This document shows, piece by piece, positions 23,571 to 28,904 of a stretch of DNA of 28,904 nt (positions are counted from its first letter, which is position 1; the number at the start of each line of letters is the position of its first letter). Source of the DNA: a virus. Taxonomy: Duplodnaviria; Caudoviricetes. Under the pieces are notes generated by a model that saw only the letters and a program-made list of their open reading frames with translations, searched no databases and was not told the origin of the DNA. The position numbers and the translations under genes were made by a program. Location of the stretch: the IMG/VR virus record IMGVR_UViG_3300036940_000066, positions 1-28,904 of that record, one strand, 5' to 3'.

Positions 23571-25298
23571 TTATCCAGCAGCTTTCTTCTGTTCGATTAC
23601 TAATGCGGTTTTATATCTTGTTAATGCGCCTGAACATCTAGTTTCAATTAAGTACTTATATTGGTTATAGTCGATATCGAAATCGTCAAACATTCCAATC
23701 TTTCCACCTTTATCGGCGCCTATAGTATAATCACTCATATTAACTATAATACCAATAAGGTCTAAGTCGTCTACACCATCATTTCTTTCATAACCTTCCA
23801 TAGCTTCTACTTCTATAATAGATTTAACTCTAAGTTTCTTAGCTAATTCTGCTTCTGAAGGATATAAATCTCTACCATTTGAGTCTTTAGCTAATAACAT
23901 ATCGGTAAGTAAATCTGATGTAGTATAGAAAGAAGGTCTTCCTTTACCTTTATAGTTCTTTCTAGCTCTAATAATAGCCTCTATAATATCATTTACGTCT
24001 GCTCCAGCATCAATCTTAACTTTATGAGAATAGAAATCATCATCCTTATAAATAGGTCTTATAGCGTTTTCGTCTATTTTATCAGGATCATCTATAGCTC
24101 TACCATCTCCTATAAGAGATGCTCTAGCTATTTCCTCATTAAGCATAATTCTCATTTCACCTTTTAGCCAAGCTACAACATCAAAGTCTGTAATATCATG
24201 TATATCATCTCTATCTAATTTTTGTTTCTTATAGATAGTAGTAGGGCTAGTGGTTCTTTTTAGTAATGCAAATACTTCTTCTTTCTTTAAACTACCTTTA
24301 ACATAACCTTTAGCCCTTGCCTCATCGGCAGTTATATCAGCATGTAAAGATTTAATTCTAGAAAAAGGTGTATGTTTAGCACCATTTAAAACTCCATCAA
24401 CCCAGGTAGTTTCTCTTTTTATGAATTCAGGTGTTTTATCAACAGTTTTAGCGTCCGGGAACAAATAATCTATATTTGTAATTCCATATTCATCAACGTG
24501 TTTAAGAACACTTTCTTTTAGAGAACCTGATTTTTTAGCATCATCAAATATAGTCTGTATTTGAGAATGTGTTAATTCGTTCTCTTTTTTATCTTTGTTA
24601 TCGTTATCAAATAGATTTTTTTTCATATCTTCTCCCCCTTTTTGGTGTTCAATTGATTTTGTATTATCATCTAAGAATTTTATTATTTTTTTAGCTTCAT
24701 CTGAATGTTTAGCTTCTTCGTCATCCATACTCTCTAAGGCATGTGCTAACATACCATAAAATAGATCTTTTTGATCATCGTTCAACGAATCAAATACATC
24801 TTGAAGTGTCTTCTCTTTATCTTCATGCTCAACTTCTTCTAAAGAAATTTCTTCTCCAGTATATATTATAGCCTCTTTTTCATCTGTTTCAGTACTTCCA
24901 TCACTATGTTCTATAGCTAAATTGTCGATCAATGCTCCGGGATTAGCTCCTGATAATACTAAACTTACCTCTCTTATAGCTCCATGTAATACGTCTGAAC
25001 CTTTTTGTTTTAAAGAGTTAGCATAAATAGATAAGGCTGAAATATCCTTATGTTTTACTAATACTTTTGCATTCTTACCGGATTCTGTATCATTAAATTT
25101 ACAATATGCATAAACCCCATCATCTCTATTTTCAAGAAGTGCATGTCCTAAAATATTATTAGGTTCATTATGCATATGCTGCCATACTAAAGGTACGGTT
25201 TGTCCATCGTTATGTTTAAACGCATCCTTTCTAATAACTCTACCATCTGAACATTTTAAATCGTTCTTGGTAGCGTATCCACTAAAATCATACTTCAT
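23571..25298 (-). CDS. Fused prohead protease/scaffold/major capsid protein (HK97-type)
   Basis: N-terminal FSGYAT...VPLVWQH...ILGHA...LSI...IREVSLV..GANPGA protease, an acidic linker, then a C-terminal capsid region. Confidence 0.9.
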   Translation of the reverse strand: MKYDFSGYATKNDLKCSDGRVIRKDAFKHNDGQTVPLVWQHMHNEPNNILGHALLENRDDGVYAYCKFNDTESGKNAKVLVKHKDISALSIYANSLKQKGSDVLHGAIREVSLVLSGANPGALIDNLAIEHSDGSTETDEKEAIIYTGEEISLEEVEHEDKEKTLQDVFDSLNDDQKDLFYGMLAHALESMDDEEAKHSDEAKKIIKFLDDNTKSIEHQKGGEDMKKNLFDNDNKDKKENELTHSQIQTIFDDAKKSGSLKESVLKHVDEYGITNIDYLFPDAKTVDKTPEFIKRETTWVDGVLNGAKHTPFSRIKSLHADITADEARAKGYVKGSLKKEEVFALLKRTTSPTTIYKKQKLDRDDIHDITDFDVVAWLKGEMRIMLNEEIARASLIGDGRAIDDPDKIDENAIRPIYKDDDFYSHKVKIDAGADVNDIIEAIIRARKNYKGKGRPSFYTTSDLLTDMLLAKDSNGRDLYPSEAELAKKLRVKSIIEVEAMEGYERNDGVDDLDLIGIIVNMSDYTIGADKGGKIGMFDDFDIDYNQYKYLIETRCSGALTRYKTALVIEQKKAAG

Positions 25299-26529
25299 TA
25301 TTTTCCTCCTTCTCTTGTTTTTTAACGTTAGGAGTAGGTCTTTCTTCCTTTACGTTAAGGTTTTTATTTCGTAATTCATCAGCACCTTCATCCTTAGCAG
25401 GCTTATATCCAACTATAGCTCTAAGTTCATTAGACGATAGTATTTCATTTCTAGTAAACTTGTCTGCTATATCGGCTAAGTCATTAACTGGTACTAACTT
25501 GAACGGATTTCTAAATATCATTATAGATTGTAGTTGAGTTCTAGCTGTTTTAGTTAAAAATGTCCTTTTATACTCATCTACGATAGCTGATATAACAGGT
25601 TCTAATGTTCTATTATGGTAATTTAACATAGTCTGTTCGTCGGCGGTACCATCAAAAACCTTCTCAGTAATACCTAACTGGCTGTATAGCGTACTCGTTA
25701 AATATTTTATCTGATCCATTAAATTATTCTCCGCAGGTCTATTAAGCTGTATGATCCGTTCTGTACCATCAGCGTAAGCTATACCATACTTGGAACCTTT
25801 TAATTGATTTTCAATACTAAGCCTTCTATCTTCAGCTTTCTTTCTCATAGCGTCCGTTTTAATAGTATATGGTAATTGAATTATCATATCTAATTTACCA
25901 GAACCACTTTGTTCGTCTATAGCATCTAATATATTTAACTTACGAATTAATCTTTGAAGAACGCTATTTGGTTCATTCATTACCGCATAGAGTGGATTTT
26001 CTATTATTGCTACAAACTTTTTATTAAGTGTTAAATCTTCTTTAAGTCCTGTTTTTTCATTATATACTCTTACTCTAACGTGATCAGGATACCACTCTAA
26101 TATTTCCCCAACACGCATAGAAAATATATCATAATTACCAGACACAGCTGGATTTAAGGATGTTTCTGTTGGAACTACTGCAACAGCGCCCTCGTCGAAT
26201 AAAGATATAATAACATCTTGCATAAAAGCTCTTCCTGTTTGATCTTTATTAGCACTTAAGGTTAAGCATTCATTTAAACCTGAAGATATTGTTTCTAAAT
26301 ATCTTCTATCCTTATCGAGTCGTACATGTTGTATTTCTATAGATGCTATATCAATAGCTATTCTATTATATAAAGCAGAAACAATAGATTGTTCATTTCC
26401 TAAACTAAAACGCGCCCTATCAGGTCGATAAGACGTCCCATAATAAGTATAAGGATAATATCTAGGTTCTTCTTTATTTAGAAAAGCATTCCAAGCATGT
26501 TTAAGTCTATTTCTAAATGTTTCCTCCAT
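25288..26529 (-). CDS. Portal protein
   Basis: 413 aa, YNRIAIDIASI.IQH...L.LSAN..QTGRAF... and ILSSNELRAIVGYKP, upstream of the capsid gene. Confidence 0.9.
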   Translation of the reverse strand: MEETFRNRLKHAWNAFLNKEEPRYYPYTYYGTSYRPDRARFSLGNEQSIVSALYNRIAIDIASIEIQHVRLDKDRRYLETISSGLNECLTLSANKDQTGRAFMQDVIISLFDEGAVAVVPTETSLNPAVSGNYDIFSMRVGEILEWYPDHVRVRVYNEKTGLKEDLTLNKKFVAIIENPLYAVMNEPNSVLQRLIRKLNILDAIDEQSGSGKLDMIIQLPYTIKTDAMRKKAEDRRLSIENQLKGSKYGIAYADGTERIIQLNRPAENNLMDQIKYLTSTLYSQLGITEKVFDGTADEQTMLNYHNRTLEPVISAIVDEYKRTFLTKTARTQLQSIMIFRNPFKLVPVNDLADIADKFTRNEILSSNELRAIVGYKPAKDEGADELRNKNLNVKEERPTPNVKKQEKEENNEV

Positions 26530-26563
26530 GCGGTCACCTCCTTATTTTATAGTAGGTTCCAAT

Positions 26564-27493
26564 TTAGAATGTTTCTAGAGCCGTTCTTCTCCAATTAGCT
26601 CCTGAAATATCATTATCTGCTAAACAAACATAATAGTAATCAGCATCTATCATACGTTCTCCTTCTAAACCAGGAGTTCCGTCTATTCCTCCAGATAAAT
26701 GAGTATCACCTAATGAAGCATTAGCTATATCAGTAGATACATCTATTGAATTACCTAATACACCACCAATATCACTCTCTATAACTAAAGTATCTCCAGT
26801 TCCATCTGTAGCTGAAATATCATTAGATATAGTTGCAGCTAAAGCTGTTATAGCATCAGCAGCAGAACAATTTGCGCCACCGCTTAAAACGTCCGCAGCA
26901 AATATATTTGTTTCTGCTGTAAAAGTCTCAGTAGTATCTATAGAATCGCCAACTGTACCACCTATTAAAGCTGTGAGTACCGCTTCATTTGTTGTAAAAT
27001 CGGATATAGAAACAGAATCATTAGCTATATTAAATCCATCATCTCCATTAATAGCATCTACAATATTAGCTTGAGCTTCGGCTAAATCGACACCTATAGA
27101 TATTTCACCATCAGCATTAGCTGTACCATCAGGTACAAAAGTGTATACTTTACCTGCTATAGTCATGGTGTCACCAGCTATAGGTTGAACATCTACAGTT
27201 AAAGTTCCTGTAGATTGAGTAGTCCCAGCAAATATATCTACTGGTATATTTCCAGCATCAACTACTAAACCGTCAACATCTGCGGCTAATTGATACACGT
27301 CTTCTCCTATAGTAAGTGTTTCACCATGCTCTACAACACCTGTGAACGTTAAAGTTTCTGAAGCTTTAACTGCATTTACGGGGGTATCCATACTGGGAAT
27401 TAGAGAATTAAGTTTTTCTCCAAGATTCATTTCTTTAGCATAATATCGTAATTTATTAAGCTGTTCTACTTCTTTCGATGTAAATTTGTCCAT
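26564..27493 (-). CDS. Acidic Gly/Thr/Asp-rich virion-like protein with nested duplicated domain
   Basis: Start moved to ATG 27493 (AAGGAGG RBS). 309 aa, inserted between terminase and portal. Confidence 0.7.
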   Translation of the reverse strand: MDKFTSKEVEQLNKLRYYAKEMNLGEKLNSLIPSMDTPVNAVKASETLTFTGVVEHGETLTIGEDVYQLAADVDGLVVDAGNIPVDIFAGTTQSTGTLTVDVQPIAGDTMTIAGKVYTFVPDGTANADGEISIGVDLAEAQANIVDAINGDDGFNIANDSVSISDFTTNEAVLTALIGGTVGDSIDTTETFTAETNIFAADVLSGGANCSAADAITALAATISNDISATDGTGDTLVIESDIGGVLGNSIDVSTDIANASLGDTHLSGGIDGTPGLEGERMIDADYYYVCLADNDISGANWRRTALETF

Positions 27494-27509
27494 ATAAACC
27501 TCCTTTTTA

Positions 27510-28904
27510 TTAATCGAACATGTCTTTATTTGCCTTATATGCAACATATGCATCCATAAGAGCTGACACACTATCGATTTTTTGATCATATCTTTTCTTT
27601 AATAATTTCCTATTACCATTTGTATCTTCTAATGTTATAGCATTACCCATAGTAAATTGCATCATAGCTTCGTCAAATAATAACTTTCTTTCTTCAGCTA
27701 ATATTTTAAGTTCTCCTAATGGTACAGTTTCGGTCTTAACTCCTTGTCTAACTTTTTCTATTCCAAATGGGCCATTCTCAGCTTCCCATCTACCAGCGAA
27801 TTCTTTGGCATTGTAAGGGTCATAACCAAATGCTCTAATATCGTATTCTTTACTTATAATAAACTTTTCTAAATCTTCATATACTTCCATCATGTCAAGA
27901 ACCGTACAATCTAGAACTCTTAAACTACCCTCGTTCATAAACTCATCATACTTAATCCTCATAGCTGGTGGTAATTTAGAAAGTGTTAATGATGATATGT
28001 AGCATCTAGTTTTCACACCGAATACATCGTCCGAAATAGGGAACAAGAAAGTAAATGCACAGAAGTCATCTCCTTGAGATAAGTCTCCACCCAACGCACA
28101 AGGCATTTGCCAGAACGTCTTCTTCCTATGAGGTAATGTCTCTTCATAAGTGAAGAAGTAGGTATACCCTTCCATTGGTATGCCAAATCTCTTTGCTAAT
28201 ATATCATTTCTTGCCGCGGGGGCTTTTTCAGCTCTCTCAACGTCTAATTGATATGTTTCGTACGTAACTGTTTTTCCTAAATTAGGATTAGCCTTTAACC
28301 ACATAGCTGGATCATTAACTTCTTCGACATCATCTAACTTATAGTACCATATAGATACATGTGGATTAACGTACTCACCTTTTAAAATGTCCATTAGTTC
28401 CATTTTGATTGTATCGCCGCTACTATTTCTAACGGTTCCTTCTGAACTCATAGCTACTATTAAATAGTCGTCTAATTTAGAAGCTCCTTGTTCTATAGCA
28501 CCTATAACATCTTCTCTTATATCACCAGATAACCATTCATCTACTGTTGAGACCTTAGGACGTAGTCCCTGTAGTTTATTAATACTCATAGGTCTAACTT
28601 CCAATAAAGATCCGGTTAGAAAATTCTCAATACCTTTTTTTGTAGATGCTAATTTTACTCTTTTTGCTCTAGAACCTGTTGTGTTTTGTAATGAACCCTC
28701 AGTTAAGAACTCAAACAATGGTCCTCTAGCTCTTGTTATGGCGGTTCTTATAGGTGACATAACTTCGTCTGCCTGTTTCATTGTTGGGGCTGTAGTTATC
28801 TGGTGTGTGGTAGAAGTATCAACGTTTAAAAAGAAACTCTGTATACAGGAACCATACATAGATTTAGCCGCTCCCCTGGCTACTATTAAATACTGTTTAT
28901 CTAT
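27510..28904 (-). CDS. terL: Terminase large subunit (5' part outside the window)
   Basis: Frame is open to the window edge and gives IDKQYLIVARGAAKS (Walker A). Also VSTVDE (Walker B), W.KANPNLG, GGDLSQGDD, GYDPYNA and KIDSVSALMDA nuclease motifs. Confidence 0.95.
   Translation of the reverse strand: MDKQYLIVARGAAKSMYGSCIQSFFLNVDTSTTHQITTAPTMKQADEVMSPIRTAITRARGPLFEFLTEGSLQNTTGSRAKRVKLASTKKGIENFLTGSLLEVRPMSINKLQGLRPKVSTVDEWLSGDIREDVIGAIEQGASKLDDYLIVAMSSEGTVRNSSGDTIKMELMDILKGEYVNPHVSIWYYKLDDVEEVNDPAMWLKANPNLGKTVTYETYQLDVERAEKAPAARNDILAKRFGIPMEGYTYFFTYEETLPHRKKTFWQMPCALGGDLSQGDDFCAFTFLFPISDDVFGVKTRCYISSLTLSKLPPAMRIKYDEFMNEGSLRVLDCTVLDMMEVYEDLEKFIISKEYDIRAFGYDPYNAKEFAGRWEAENGPFGIEKVRQGVKTETVPLGELKILAEERKLLFDEAMMQFTMGNAITLEDTNGNRKLLKKRYDQKIDSVSALMDAYVAYKANKDMFD

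Larger units (their letters stand above)
1..28904 (-). mobile_element. Tailed phage/prophage segment (siphovirus-like; packaging, head, tail, lysis and accessory/early genes)
   Basis: Co-oriented terminase, portal, capsid, major tail and tape measure genes, plus holin and amidase. No tail sheath gene in the tail module. No integrase, att site or host gene inside the window. Confidence 0.97.

Noticed and set aside
26564-27493. Contractile tail sheath gene (myovirus)
   Set aside because: Only outer-domain-like repeats are present, the sheath core is lacking, and the gene lies in the head module. The tail module is siphovirus-like.
1-28904. tRNA, rRNA, integrase/att sites, or genome-wide stop-codon reassignment
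   Set aside because: None recognisable. Long genes are intact under the standard code and TAA, TAG and TGA all end genes.

Overview
AT-rich (roughly 30% GC by eye) fragment of a tailed, siphovirus-type phage or prophage, probably of a Firmicutes host, with every credible gene on the minus strand. In transcription order (right to left) it holds: large terminase (runs off the window), an extra acidic protein with nested repeats, portal, fused protease/major capsid, head-tail joining and tail genes, and an amidase plus a small membrane protein inside the tail module. Next come the tape measure, an unusual tail-tip module with shared NPPS repeats, an r1t-type holin, and an accessory/early region. 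The most striking unexplained structure is at 4.5-8.9 kb. Eight copies of a fixed-spacing motif (TCGCA-W6-AC-N6-TATAAT) occur there. Six of them each open a one-gene unit (motif, short leader, small and mostly membrane ORF, intrinsic terminator) and two have no such unit behind them. Further left is a tightly coupled operon of hypothetical genes, with four proteins sharing a C-terminal '..YD..G......GW' domain and a possible UGA read-through extension. Four small complete ORFs and one partial ORF missing from the ORF track were translated by hand. Family names are from memory of motifs, not from database searches.
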